A stretch of DNA of 64,000 nt from a virus (lineage: Duplodnaviria; Caudoviricetes). The position numbers and the translations under genes are program-made. The stretch spans positions 160,001-224,000 of the IMG/VR virus record IMGVR_UViG_3300005512_000001; one strand, 5' to 3'. Below the pieces are notes generated by a model. That model was not told where the DNA came from and did no database searches. It was given only the letters and a program-made list of their open reading frames with translations. The number at the start of each line of letters is the position of its first letter. The stretch's first letter is position 1. Below are positions 36,996 to 45,808 of this stretch, in pieces.

Positions 36996-37659
36996 TGTCA
37001 ATGCGTTTACAGATATTGATGAAGGCACAATTTATCTATCCCAATATCGTTATTGCAACGGTGACTTTCTAGATGTAATTGCTGATGAGATGGCCCATTT
37101 TATTTCTGGCGCAGACCATGATGAAGAATGGAAACAGACTTGCTTGCAGTCGTACGGAAAAATTCCGCCGCACAATTCTGAATTTGATAAGATAAGACGC
37201 AGGCTTGGAATACCGAGCAATATTGCGGGGAACATCGGAAATATTACTGGCATACAGCAAATTCTTACTGATTACCATCTGTTGCAGTCATATAGAAGGT
37301 TCAGTCAACGGTTATTGGGCAATGAGGGCCATTGGGAAGTTTTGGGCGATAATAAAATAAGATTGTATCCAACGCCGAAAGGTTCATTCCCTGTTACTGT
37401 TTTGTACATTCCACCTATTTCCACATGGCGTACCCCTGCCAACAAGCTACTGGCAATGGATATGCTATTGGCTGAAAGCATGATTATGTTAGGGAGCGCT
37501 AGAGGTAAGTTTAGTGGTATACCTAGCCCAGATGGTGGGTCATTGAGCTTAGATGGCGGTGACCTCAAGCAGAAAGGGCAAGAGTTGCGTGATAAAGTCA
37601 TGCAGGATGCTATCCTGCTCTCAGATGACCCATATGCTTCTGCAATTTACAGGTACTAA
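36904..37659 (+). CDS. Neck protein (gp13-like), C-terminal half preceded by a SprT-like zincin domain
   Basis: IYLS...VIADEMAH...H.EEW / H.SEF..I.RRLG, then TDYHLLQSY and LG.ARGKF.GIPSP.G..LSLDG..L (gp13 C-terminal pattern). Confidence 0.7.
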   Translation: MTTINTQTNLAHFTDASSKPRLKINLSPLTSVNAFTDIDEGTIYLSQYRYCNGDFLDVIADEMAHFISGADHDEEWKQTCLQSYGKIPPHNSEFDKIRRRLGIPSNIAGNIGNITGIQQILTDYHLLQSYRRFSQRLLGNEGHWEVLGDNKIRLYPTPKGSFPVTVLYIPPISTWRTPANKLLAMDMLLAESMIMLGSARGKFSGIPSPDGGSLSLDGGDLKQKGQELRDKVMQDAILLSDDPYASAIYRY

Positions 37660-37660
37660 T

Positions 37661-38065
37661 ATGGCTACAATTAATCGCAGATTAAATGTGATACGTGGTG
37701 ATAGGGTTCTTGTCCCAGGATGCGAGCCGACGAGTACATTGACTTCAACCAGGATGATGGCCGAGATGAACCGATTAGGATTGTGTCAATGTGCTATTGT
37801 TGATTTGGCTGATATTTTAGAGGCTATACCAGGTGCATACACTGAGTATATCCCAAATTCAGGCCATATGGGCAGTAGCAAGATATTAATTCTACCTAGT
37901 GAAGACCAAACTTGTCCATGCACCACTCATGAAGATTGGTATGAAACAATAAGAGGACTGTGCTCTGAATCAGCCACTGAGGAAGAGATTAATGAGATAC
38001 TTGGGTGTGATGCTTTTTCTATTGATCCATGTGTTACTAGGCCGCAATGGAGAGGCCAAGAATGA
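37661..38065 (+). CDS. Cys-rich hypothetical protein (late module)
   Basis: ORF coupled within the neck operon. Confidence 0.5.
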   Translation: MATINRRLNVIRGDRVLVPGCEPTSTLTSTRMMAEMNRLGLCQCAIVDLADILEAIPGAYTEYIPNSGHMGSSKILILPSEDQTCPCTTHEDWYETIRGLCSESATEEEINEILGCDAFSIDPCVTRPQWRGQE

Positions 38066-38628
38066 TACACAGATTTTCAAAGTCGGCAGAGACAATCACC
38101 AGAATCGCACCAGGGCAGCAACGCATTGGGCATAGAGATGATATGTCTCAGTCTAATCCGCTTATACAATTACATGACAGCGAAAGTCTGGACCATGGTC
38201 TCGCAGGCAGTATAGCAGAAGAGATTATAAACATAAGCGGCGGCCAGGTTGTAGTATATGTTAGAACAGATAGTGAGGCATTTGATGATGTTTATGAAGA
38301 AGACCCCGACCCAACATATAAAGTTGGTAAAAGATTGAAGGCTTATTTCGTGCCGCAGCCTATCTCTGCACAACTTACACCGTGGGGGGTTGATGTTGAG
38401 AACCAAGCTACTATTGTCTTTTCGAAAGAACAAGTACGCGGTGAGTTTGGCGATAGGATGATACGGATTGGTGATGTGGTTGAGTTGCCATATAATGCGT
38501 CTGCATTGCGGCCTGATCGGTATAGAGTTTTAAATGCTTTTGACTCTGGAAACTTTAGATACAATTGGCTATATTGGAGTTGTACTGTCGAAAACCTGGC
38601 GGACGACATTACTATAGAACCAGAATGA
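38062..38628 (+). CDS. Neck / head-completion protein (T4 gp14-like)
   Basis: E.I.ISG..V.VY, D.VY.ED, L..WG.D, GD..ELPY, Y.W.YW.C; position after gp13. Confidence 0.65.
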   Translation: MIHRFSKSAETITRIAPGQQRIGHRDDMSQSNPLIQLHDSESLDHGLAGSIAEEIINISGGQVVVYVRTDSEAFDDVYEEDPDPTYKVGKRLKAYFVPQPISAQLTPWGVDVENQATIVFSKEQVRGEFGDRMIRIGDVVELPYNASALRPDRYRVLNAFDSGNFRYNWLYWSCTVENLADDITIEPE

Positions 38629-38918
38629 TAAAATTTTCGACAAATTTAGAAGACCCAAAGATTTTAGACGTTATCAAAGAGCGTCTAAAATCTCAGATTG
38701 TCGATAAACTTGAAGCAGTCGGCAATAAGATTGCGATGAAGATGCGCAACGATAGCGGCGGTAAAGTAGAACCAGAAGTGATAGTATATGAGAAGAATCG
38801 CGACGGAAAAGATGCAGTTAAGATTTTCATAGGAAAGCCTGAAGAGGTGAAGGTAGCTGATAAGTTGAACTTGGTTAAACGGTCGTGGTCTGTTCTACCG
38901 ACACTATTGAAAGATTGA
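38625..38918 (+). CDS. Hypothetical protein
   Basis: ORF coupled within the neck operon. Confidence 0.5.
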   Translation: MIKFSTNLEDPKILDVIKERLKSQIVDKLEAVGNKIAMKMRNDSGGKVEPEVIVYEKNRDGKDAVKIFIGKPEEVKVADKLNLVKRSWSVLPTLLKD

Positions 38919-38919
38919 T

Positions 38920-39726
38920 ATGCCAGTTTATGAATTTGGAAGCAGATTTACGTTTGTGAATACTCCGCGTGGCATTGGGCCAGCGGCAGTAGCAGGTGCT
39001 ACACAGCCGAATCCGCATATTAATCCATACGCGCCTGGTATGAGTCAGAATTCTCATGTTCAGAGTGGTCGGGTTGCTAACACTTGGGAGATTCACAGAG
39101 TAGAATCAAGCGATATAGAAGATTTTATAGACCCAGGGTTTAGATACTTAGATGCTGCTATGAAGAACTATTGGTCAGATATAAGAATTCCTACGAAAGA
39201 TTCTTATAGATTTTTAAGGACTAAGATTGCTGGTATGCGTCCGAGCTTACAAATTTGGAATGAAGAATTAAAACATGGTCGTGTGAAGCTGCCGGTTATA
39301 TCAATTAGTAGAACTGGACAAAACTATAACCCAGACAAATTTACCCCGCCATATAGGCCGTTAAGAAGAAGATTTGTTAATAGTGCTAAAACAATGGTGG
39401 CTTTATCATATAGACCAGTCCCATATATTGTAGATTATACGCTGAATATCTGGTCCGAACATAAACGTGATGCTGAATATGCACTATACCAGATACTTAC
39501 TAGATTCAACCCACTCGCTGAATTGGCTGTGACAGATGACCACAACTTTGGCTACGTACAGATGAAATTGATATCTTCATCTGATACCAGTGAAAAAGAG
39601 GCGTCTGCAGAACAACATGCTAAAGTAAAATATGAAATATCGTATTCTGCAGAGGCGTGGTTGTCTCTTCCAGAAAAGGTTATGCCAACTATAGTTGGCA
39701 CAGTCTTATCGATTGAGGTTGAGTAA
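38920..39726 (+). CDS. Tail terminator / sheath stabiliser (T4 gp15-like)
   Basis: LPVISISR.G..Y.P, PVPY.VDY.L.IW, QIL..FNP; position before the sheath. Confidence 0.7.
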   Translation: MPVYEFGSRFTFVNTPRGIGPAAVAGATQPNPHINPYAPGMSQNSHVQSGRVANTWEIHRVESSDIEDFIDPGFRYLDAAMKNYWSDIRIPTKDSYRFLRTKIAGMRPSLQIWNEELKHGRVKLPVISISRTGQNYNPDKFTPPYRPLRRRFVNSAKTMVALSYRPVPYIVDYTLNIWSEHKRDAEYALYQILTRFNPLAELAVTDDHNFGYVQMKLISSSDTSEKEASAEQHAKVKYEISYSAEAWLSLPEKVMPTIVGTVLSIEVE

Positions 39727-39758
39727 ATATAATAAATTCTATTACAAGGGAATTCATC

Positions 39759-39971
39759 ATGCCAGCAAGTACAGATGTAGTGATTACCAACCGTAGCAGA
39801 CAAATGATTCCGTTGCAGGTAAGGCCGCCTAAGGGTGATTTCTTTTATGAGGAACACCAGGTAAGACTTAACCCAAATAAGTCAGTGACCCTACCTAAAA
39901 CGTATCTCAATTGGGCGCAAATCGAAAACTGTCGTGGTCGAGGCGATATTTCAATTATAGAAGAGAAATAA
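39759..39971 (+). CDS. Small protein preceding the tail sheath
   Basis: ORF with late-type motif upstream. Confidence 0.55.
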   Translation: MPASTDVVITNRSRQMIPLQVRPPKGDFFYEEHQVRLNPNKSVTLPKTYLNWAQIENCRGRGDISIIEEK

Positions 39972-40028
39972 TTTAAATTTCATGCTATCGCTCAAATATA
40001 ATGCAGTGATGATTGACAGGAGCTAACA

Positions 40029-42887
40029 ATGGCAGTCTTTCTAAGTCCAGGTGTATTTACGAGAGAAGTTGACCTCAGCATTCTGCCCGCAGCGACAGGT
40101 GCATTGAGGCCAGCTTTTATAGGCGTGGCCAGCAAAGGCCCGTTGAATGAGCCAACATTAATAACATCTGCCCAGCAGTTTGTTGATACTTTCGGCAACC
40201 CATTCCCAGAGAGCTATTTAGGTTATGCTGTGATAGCATTTCTAGAAGAGGGTGCTTCATGTTATGTAGAACGTGTCGGGGTTGAACACCAAGACGGCAT
40301 GGATGCAGATTTGGCAGATATTGCTATTGATACATCTGGAACGAAAGTGGAAGGCTGGGGCCGAAAATCGGTCTTTTCTGGTATTGACCACGGTATTATC
40401 AGGTTCAGGCAGGTCGGGGATGGTACTGGCAATAACCCTGCTCCAGTGGTATTGCATGATGCCGGGATTATTGGTACTACAACTACAGGCGCAGGTGAAT
40501 TACTACAAGGTGCATATAATGACGCAGAGATTGCAGATGAGTCTGCAGGGGCTGTAACTGCAGATGTAGTATTCACTAATGTTGATTATAGCGGATGCTT
40601 GGATGAGGTCTACACCTTTTTAGTAACTGGTGACCCCACTGGCACAGGCCCACTTGAGGGTGCTACATATACAATTACAGACAGTGCTGGTGACACTATA
40701 ACTTCAGGTACTTTGACGGCTGGCACAGGCCCAGATACCCAAAGTGATGTTATCACGCTTCCTGACTTAGGTGTTACTTTTTATATTGTTGTTAGCGGGG
40801 CTGTTGGAACGAATGATACAATTATCTTCACGGCCCAGCCGGATAATATGACTGCGACTGTTGTTGTAGAAGGTGCGACCGCAGAGACTTTGACACTTGC
40901 GGCGGGAACGTACACTACTGCGACAGCCTTCGCAGCAGCCATTAATTCTGCTGGGCCGGTTGATTTTGATGCGGTTGTTTCTGAGGATGCTGATGGCAAT
41001 GAAGTTCCCGCTATCAGGACTGATACAGCTGGAGAATGGATACAATTAACTGGTACTTGCGCATTTGCTGGTGAAGTTGGCATTGATCAATATACTTATG
41101 ATATTCCGAGAAGCTATTTGATTGGCACGAACCAAGAGTTGTATGGGTTTAGTAGTTCAAATAACCGTGTTGTTCTAGATGTGATTGGCGCGGAAGAGAC
41201 TGTGCAATTTGATTTCAGCATTCCTGTTGCTACTGGTACGACAGCTAGTGCAGTTGCGGCTAATATTGATGCCAATAATACTTGGCAGGGTACGGCTTAC
41301 TTTGAGTCGTTCGCGCTAACTGTACCAGGCGGCACTGAGCATGTCGTGATTGTTACGTCAACTACCAGGCATTTTGACCAATTAAAGTTGCAGGCCACAT
41401 TTTCATATTTAGCGACTCTAAGATTTGCTGAAGAGCTTGGCATTAACTTCCCATATACTCTAAATTACAGAACATTTACTGATACGAGAGTAGAACTACC
41501 AACGTCGAGTTCTACCACTCCGAGCCAACCAGCATCATGTGATACTGACCCTCTTAGCACGCAGTGCGAGCTAGACTCAGATTATTACGCCAATATCGTT
41601 GGGTGGTTCGTTGCTAAGTACCCTGGCACTTGGATTGATGACTATACGATTGATTTGGCAGTCTTCACTGAGGGTGTTGGTGATGCGGCTGGTCGGTTTA
41701 AAGTTACTTTAAAGGACGGTAGCGGCACTACTCTGGATGTTGTTGAAGATGTGAGTTTTGATTCTACCGACACTAGATATATTGGAAATGTGGTTAATCC
41801 AGGCACCTCGCTTGGTGGTGAGAATGGTAATGATTTCTATACATGGGAAAATAGACCATCGTACCTAGGGACCACTGTTAGAAATCCAAGCCCATTCTCC
41901 AGTGGCGAATTCACCGGCGGTGCTAATGGCATTCCGACCGAAGCAGCAGATAGTACTGAGCTTGATTCTGTTGTTATTGGCAACCCATCATTGTCGACTG
42001 GCATTTATGCATACCAGAATCCAGAATCATTTGACTTCAATCTGCTATTGATTCCTGGCTTTGCTAGTGGTCCGGTCATCGCCCAAGCAGTCCAATTCTG
42101 CGAGAATAGAGGTGACTGTCTGTATATCGTTGACCCGCCATTTGGTTTGAGGCCGCAGCAAGCCATCGACTGGCATAATGGTATGCTAACTAGTGATTTA
42201 ACGGCTGCGATTAATACCAGCTATGCTGCATTATATTGGAGTTGGCTGAAGACGAATGATGTGTTTAATGGCGGCACTATTTGGGTCCCACCATGCGGCC
42301 ATGTTGCTGCCGTATTCGCACGCACTGAACGCGAAACAGAGCAATGGTTTGCACCTGCTGGCTTGAATAGAGGGCAGCTGTTGAGTGCATTGGATATTGA
42401 ATATAATCCAACCCAAGGCGAGCGGGATGCATTATATGGTAGTGGGAATGCTGTTAACCCAGTCGTAAACTTTATACAACAAGGTATTACGGTTTGGGGT
42501 CAGAGAACGCTCCAAAGAACATCAACAGCTCTTGATAGAGTTAATGTTAGAATGTTATTGATTTATTTGAAGAAGAATCTATCTATAACATTGAATAATT
42601 TTGTGTTCGAGCAGAACGACCAGGCAACTAGAGCACAGATTGTTAGTACTATCAACCCATTCCTGGGCGATATTGCTGCTAGACGTGGTGTGACTGCATT
42701 TAATGTTGTATGCGACGAAACAAACAACACACCGGAGCGTATTGACCGCAACGAGCTTTGGGTGAGCGTATTCATCAAGCCTACTAGGGTTGCTGAATTT
42801 ATCGTGTTAAACTTGGTTGTACTTAGAACTGGTGCAAACTTCGGCGCGCAGGAAGTCCTAGCTGCTGGCGGCGTTGTGACTGCATAA
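40029..42887 (+). CDS. Contractile tail sheath protein (gp18-like)
   Basis: FLSPGVFTREVDLS, KGPLNEPT, WFAPAGLNRG, WGQRTL, DRVNVR, FEQND, IKPTRVAEFI. Confidence 0.95.
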   Translation: MAVFLSPGVFTREVDLSILPAATGALRPAFIGVASKGPLNEPTLITSAQQFVDTFGNPFPESYLGYAVIAFLEEGASCYVERVGVEHQDGMDADLADIAIDTSGTKVEGWGRKSVFSGIDHGIIRFRQVGDGTGNNPAPVVLHDAGIIGTTTTGAGELLQGAYNDAEIADESAGAVTADVVFTNVDYSGCLDEVYTFLVTGDPTGTGPLEGATYTITDSAGDTITSGTLTAGTGPDTQSDVITLPDLGVTFYIVVSGAVGTNDTIIFTAQPDNMTATVVVEGATAETLTLAAGTYTTATAFAAAINSAGPVDFDAVVSEDADGNEVPAIRTDTAGEWIQLTGTCAFAGEVGIDQYTYDIPRSYLIGTNQELYGFSSSNNRVVLDVIGAEETVQFDFSIPVATGTTASAVAANIDANNTWQGTAYFESFALTVPGGTEHVVIVTSTTRHFDQLKLQATFSYLATLRFAEELGINFPYTLNYRTFTDTRVELPTSSSTTPSQPASCDTDPLSTQCELDSDYYANIVGWFVAKYPGTWIDDYTIDLAVFTEGVGDAAGRFKVTLKDGSGTTLDVVEDVSFDSTDTRYIGNVVNPGTSLGGENGNDFYTWENRPSYLGTTVRNPSPFSSGEFTGGANGIPTEAADSTELDSVVIGNPSLSTGIYAYQNPESFDFNLLLIPGFASGPVIAQAVQFCENRGDCLYIVDPPFGLRPQQAIDWHNGMLTSDLTAAINTSYAALYWSWLKTNDVFNGGTIWVPPCGHVAAVFARTERETEQWFAPAGLNRGQLLSALDIEYNPTQGERDALYGSGNAVNPVVNFIQQGITVWGQRTLQRTSTALDRVNVRMLLIYLKKNLSITLNNFVFEQNDQATRAQIVSTINPFLGDIAARRGVTAFNVVCDETNNTPERIDRNELWVSVFIKPTRVAEFIVLNLVVLRTGANFGAQEVLAAGGVVTA

Positions 42888-42898
42888 GAGGAGTTATT

Positions 42899-43438
42899 AT
42901 GCCCGGCTTCGTAATTAATGGTGAAGGAACTGGCCCGAATGCCTTGTCTGAGGTCAGACGTACGCATAGGTGGCTTTTTGAGTCATTAGGCCCAGGGAAT
43001 CTGTTGGCTCGAGAAGTTCGATTAGTTTTAAAATCGGCTTCTAGGCCATCATTGACCTTTGAAGAGCCACCGATGCACCACAATCAAGAACAGGTCTATT
43101 TCGCTGGGAAGCATACATGGGAAGCTCTTGCGCTTTCATGGTATGATATTGAGCAAGACCCGGATGTATCCGGCGCGATGCACGATTGGGTTGAGAAATG
43201 CCTGACATTGGCTGGTGGTAACGCAATGAATGTGAGTGTGCCGAGGGAATATAAGGCCACTGAGTCAATCCTAAAAATGACTAAAGGCGATGGTAGTGAT
43301 AGCGAAAGATGGGCAATCTATAATGGTTGGCCACAGGCTGTCAACTGGGGGGCATTGGATTATACTTCCAGTGACCTGCAGTTAATCGAAGTCAAATTCA
43401 GGTTCGACCGTGCTGTAAGGGTCGGTGGCTCTGCGTAA
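42899..43438 (+). CDS. Tail tube protein (gp19-like)
   Basis: RW.F, SASRPS, YFAGK..W, W..YNGWP..VNWG.LDY.S. Confidence 0.85.
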   Translation: MPGFVINGEGTGPNALSEVRRTHRWLFESLGPGNLLAREVRLVLKSASRPSLTFEEPPMHHNQEQVYFAGKHTWEALALSWYDIEQDPDVSGAMHDWVEKCLTLAGGNAMNVSVPREYKATESILKMTKGDGSDSERWAIYNGWPQAVNWGALDYTSSDLQLIEVKFRFDRAVRVGGSA

Positions 43439-43450
43439 TTAGAGAATGGT

Positions 43451-44020
43451 ATGCCAGGTTTTAATATCAATGGTGATGGCAGCGGCCCTGCCAGTCTTAC
43501 GGAGGTTGTACGCACTCACCGTTGGCGTTTAGAATTTGACCAAATCCATAAGTTGTCGAATGTACAACTATATGCATTGTCGTGTCAGCGACCATCGATG
43601 CAAATAGACACGAATAATATGCACTATAAGCAAAATCAAATTCGTATGCCTGCTAAGTATAGATGGAATCCTATCAATGTCAAATTCTATGAAACTGCAG
43701 ATTTTGAATTAGGTGTTACTACTAGTTCAATATTTGATTATTGGGCCAATAATAACCCAGTAGTTAATTTCAATACTAACACTATAAATAATAAATTTAG
43801 GACTAATACGTCGATTTATTTGGAGACTGGCGATGGCTCAGATATTCATTTATATGTTTTAAATAATGCATGGCCATCGAAAGTAGACCCATCTGAATTA
43901 TCATATGCTAATAGCGACATATCGACGATTCAAGTTACATTGACGTATGATTCTGCATCCGAGAAAAAATTGCTGGAACGGCCAGCGTCACCAACTCCAT
44001 CGACTCCTGGAACAGTATAA
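43451..44020 (+). CDS. Tail tube-like paralogue 2
   Basis: Same fold motifs: RPS, K..W.PI.V.FY, L.NAWP..V....LSY. Confidence 0.75.
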   Translation: MPGFNINGDGSGPASLTEVVRTHRWRLEFDQIHKLSNVQLYALSCQRPSMQIDTNNMHYKQNQIRMPAKYRWNPINVKFYETADFELGVTTSSIFDYWANNNPVVNFNTNTINNKFRTNTSIYLETGDGSDIHLYVLNNAWPSKVDPSELSYANSDISTIQVTLTYDSASEKKLLERPASPTPSTPGTV

Positions 44021-44520
44021 TGCCTGGGTTTGTAATAGCGCAAGAGCAACAAGGCCAAAAACAACTTCCACGGAATGTTGTATATACTTATACTTGGGAT
44101 GTCACTAGGTTGCTTGGTGAAGACGTTGATAAAGCAGTTGTGTTCTTAAAAGAGGCTAATCTACCTAGTTTTACGATCAGTACTGAATCAATTAAAACCG
44201 GGCATGCTACATATGAATTCGCAAAAGGCATCAAATGGCAAGACATAAAACTATCATTTTATGATACGCAGGGTCTTGGTGCTAAGCTTGATGCATTATC
44301 GCGTAAAGTATGGAATCAAGAGCAAGGCATTAAAACAGCAAATTCCTATATGGCACAAACCACTATCGCTATGGAATATATGGATGGCACACCTGCTTAT
44401 AGTTGGGTGTTACATAATAGTTGGGTCAAATCAATTTCATTCTCAAGATTGACATATGAGTCTAGCGGCATTAATAATGCCAATGTGACTCTGGCATATA
44501 CGTGGGCAATCTTGAATTAA
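44020..44520 (+). CDS. Tail tube-like paralogue 3
   Basis: LPSF, FAKG.KW.DI.L.FYD, W.L.N.W......LTY. Confidence 0.7.
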   Translation: MPGFVIAQEQQGQKQLPRNVVYTYTWDVTRLLGEDVDKAVVFLKEANLPSFTISTESIKTGHATYEFAKGIKWQDIKLSFYDTQGLGAKLDALSRKVWNQEQGIKTANSYMAQTTIAMEYMDGTPAYSWVLHNSWVKSISFSRLTYESSGINNANVTLAYTWAILN

Positions 44521-44572
44521 GTAACCATCACATCAGATAGTAAATAAAACCAGCAAATAATGGAGAACTATT

Positions 44573-45562
44573 ATGCTAGATGAGCTTGGCCCAGAAGACC
44601 AAAACGAAGAAGAAGTATCTATGACGCAGCAACCAGAGGAGTCTAAAGTCCCTCAACACAAAGTAGACTTGTCTAATAAAGTAAGGGGTGCTTCTACTGC
44701 TGAATCGTTGTTAGAAGAAATCATTAGTATGAATGAGGATGACTTTATTCCATGGGAAGAAGTCACTCTTCCGAGCCGAGGTGAATATTATAGCGGCAGG
44801 ATACCTGGTGGCGTGGTGCGAGTTCGTGCGATGGGCATACATGCTGATAAAATTTTAGCAACACAGCGTTTGGCTCAAACTGGACAGTCAATTGATTATT
44901 TATTCAAATACTGTGTGCAATTACCAGATGAATTTGACCAATCAGACCTGCTTTCTGGCGATAGAATATTCTTATTGTATGTTTTAAGAGGCATTACGCA
45001 TGGCAATATTTATGAATTCCTTATGAAATGTCCGAATTGCGGAACAAATGCTGTACAGCAATATGATCTCAATGAGTTAGCGCAAACGATTACTTTCCCG
45101 GATTCGTCATTGGGAGACGAGCCGTTTAAAATTGTTCTGCCGTACATGTCCGAAGTTCTTGGTCGAGAGGTATGGGTTAAGGTCAGGTTTATGCGTGGGC
45201 GTGATGTTTCTACTATTGCTGGTAGGCAGAAGTTTAACAAGAGAGTACGCTCTGGGGCACCCAATAAACAACAGAGGCAAATTGTTATTGACCAGACCGT
45301 TACAGAAAATCTGTCATTAGTGATTACAGCGTTTGGTGGGGCTAACGCTGAGGGTGAAGTTCGCAGCAGGGCCAGCATCAAGGCATTAGTTGACCGCATG
45401 CACGCGAAGGATACAGCTACAATTAGGCAATTCTTAAAAGAAAGCAGTCCAGGGATTGACACCACTATAATGGTTGAATGCCCGGATTGTGCGGCAGAAT
45501 TCCGCGCGGAGTTGCCGATTACGGAAAGCTTTTTTCGTCCAACGAGCGATAGACAATCCTGA
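44573..45562 (+). CDS. Baseplate hub assembly / tail assembly chaperone (T4 gp26-like)
   Basis: LPSRG.YY, DL..GDR.FL...LRG.T.G..Y, CPNC, PGID, CPDC, LP....FF. Confidence 0.75.
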   Translation: MLDELGPEDQNEEEVSMTQQPEESKVPQHKVDLSNKVRGASTAESLLEEIISMNEDDFIPWEEVTLPSRGEYYSGRIPGGVVRVRAMGIHADKILATQRLAQTGQSIDYLFKYCVQLPDEFDQSDLLSGDRIFLLYVLRGITHGNIYEFLMKCPNCGTNAVQQYDLNELAQTITFPDSSLGDEPFKIVLPYMSEVLGREVWVKVRFMRGRDVSTIAGRQKFNKRVRSGAPNKQQRQIVIDQTVTENLSLVITAFGGANAEGEVRSRASIKALVDRMHAKDTATIRQFLKESSPGIDTTIMVECPDCAAEFRAELPITESFFRPTSDRQS

Positions 45563-45758
45563 AGAGTTAGAGAATGAATATAACCATGTATTGGAACAAA
45601 TGTTCCAGCTGAAGATGCACGGTAATATGTCTTTTTCCGAAATGGATTCATTGACTGCGGAAGACAGAGAGTGGTGGGTTAATAGGCTAAAGAAGTACCA
45701 CGAAGAGCAAAATAAAGCCGCAAAAAGTCAGGGTCCTGGGAGAACCCAAAGTATCTGA
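45531..45758 (+). CDS. gp51-like small tail assembly protein, possibly a +1 frameshift extension of the upstream chaperone
   Basis: EQ.FQL..HG..SF.E...L...DR.WW..RL; conserved-looking part begins upstream of the first internal ATG (45600). Confidence 0.55.
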   Translation, partial: FFVQRAIDNPEELENEYNHVLEQMFQLKMHGNMSFSEMDSLTAEDREWWVNRLKKYHEEQNKAAKSQGPGRTQSI

Positions 45759-45808
45759 TTGTAGCCAGGCATAATATACATATTCAAATATATAGCAAAG
45801 GATTTATA

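Noticed and set aside
37171-37179. HN-S as the C-terminus of a conventional split C-intein
   Set aside because: No block F pattern upstream; the N-half already contains blocks F/G; PPHNSEF..I.RRLG fits the zincin third-His helix better.
35903-37230. Group I or II intron removing the insert from the neck gene
   Set aside because: U|...G| boundaries can be drawn, but nearly all of the interval is protein-coding with recognisable motifs. No P7 core or GUGYG...AY ends were recognised. Not excluded without RT-PCR.
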